A stretch of DNA of 48,862 nt. Source: an uncultured Saprospiraceae bacterium. GTDB lineage: Bacteria; Bacteroidota; Bacteroidia; Chitinophagales; Saprospiraceae. The translations under genes and the position numbers were made by a program. The stretch spans positions 1-48,862 of the forward strand of contig CAKUWM010000001.1 of assembly GCA_934699305.1 (NCBI GenBank). The letters are read 5' to 3'. The notes beneath the pieces were generated by a model. The model had not been told where the DNA came from. It was given only the letters and a program-made list of their open reading frames with translations, and did no database searches. Positions 48,554 through 48,862 of the stretch are shown one piece after another; position 1 is the stretch's first letter, and every line of letters begins with the position of its first letter.

Positions 48554-48862
48554 AGTAATAAACGGATATGCTGTTATTTAATATTTAAAAATCTTTACAA
48601 TCAGAACCTTGTCAACGCTGTCAGAAAAAGATAAAACATCCTAAACTTAGACATTTTCAATTTTTTTAACCCGTCGAAAGACCAAAAACTGTAAAATACT
48701 TTTTCAAAAGGATTACAAAACCAAGATAATACTTTTTTACCATTCGTTCCAACTTTTTTTGCAACATTTTATTATTTTATACACGTGATAAAATATTTTT
48801 TTGTCTTTGCGATTTATATTCGACTTTTCGGTATAAAGTATTGTTTGTGATTTGATTACAGG

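Noticed and set aside
1-48862. A scan for CRISPR arrays, tRNA/rRNA genes, transposases, integrases, toxin-antitoxin pairs and known defence-system signatures.
   Set aside because: I found no regularly spaced direct repeats, no GTTCGAATC-type T-arm motifs in the spacers, and no DDE, tyrosine-recombinase or serine-recombinase motifs. I also found no clusters of nuclease, ATPase or methylase genes. The gene content is housekeeping and surface-protein genes.

Overview
The window reads as an ordinary core-chromosome segment of an AT-rich Bacteroidota genome. The evidence for that placement is T9SS C-terminal sorting domains of both type A and type B, SprB repeats, GEVED domains, no Shine-Dalgarno sequences and TAnnTTTG -7 boxes. 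I support about 40 protein-coding genes on both strands. Housekeeping genes are gap, htrA, dnaN, nadD, dusB, cca, pepD, pntAA/pntAB/pntB, ffh, aroQ and recQ. Amino-acid and cofactor catabolism genes are ACMSD, a lysine-ketoglutarate reductase-like enzyme, threonine aldolase and an FMN reductase. There is a sugar transporter plus ROK kinase pair. Four large secreted T9SS-type surface proteins are present, one of them open-ended at the left edge and absent from the ORF track. I saw no rRNA, tRNA, CRISPR array, transposase, integrase or phage gene. I did not find a convincing new multi-gene system such as a defence system. The leads worth a second look are: (1) nadD is split by a 1-nt frameshift at an A-run. 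(2) A bipartite intergenic repeat occurs twice, at about 12.0 kb and 38.4 kb, and its second module is inverted and flanked by 10-bp direct repeats in the second copy. (3) A four-gene membrane cassette (TM2, DUF2752, DUF4870-like, M48 protease) has overlapping stop/start codons. (4) A 7-bp microsatellite sits in a noncoding region of about 0.9 kb. (5) A small secreted protein is built from YESQA(D/G) repeats. All functional calls come from motif recognition by eye; no database search was run.
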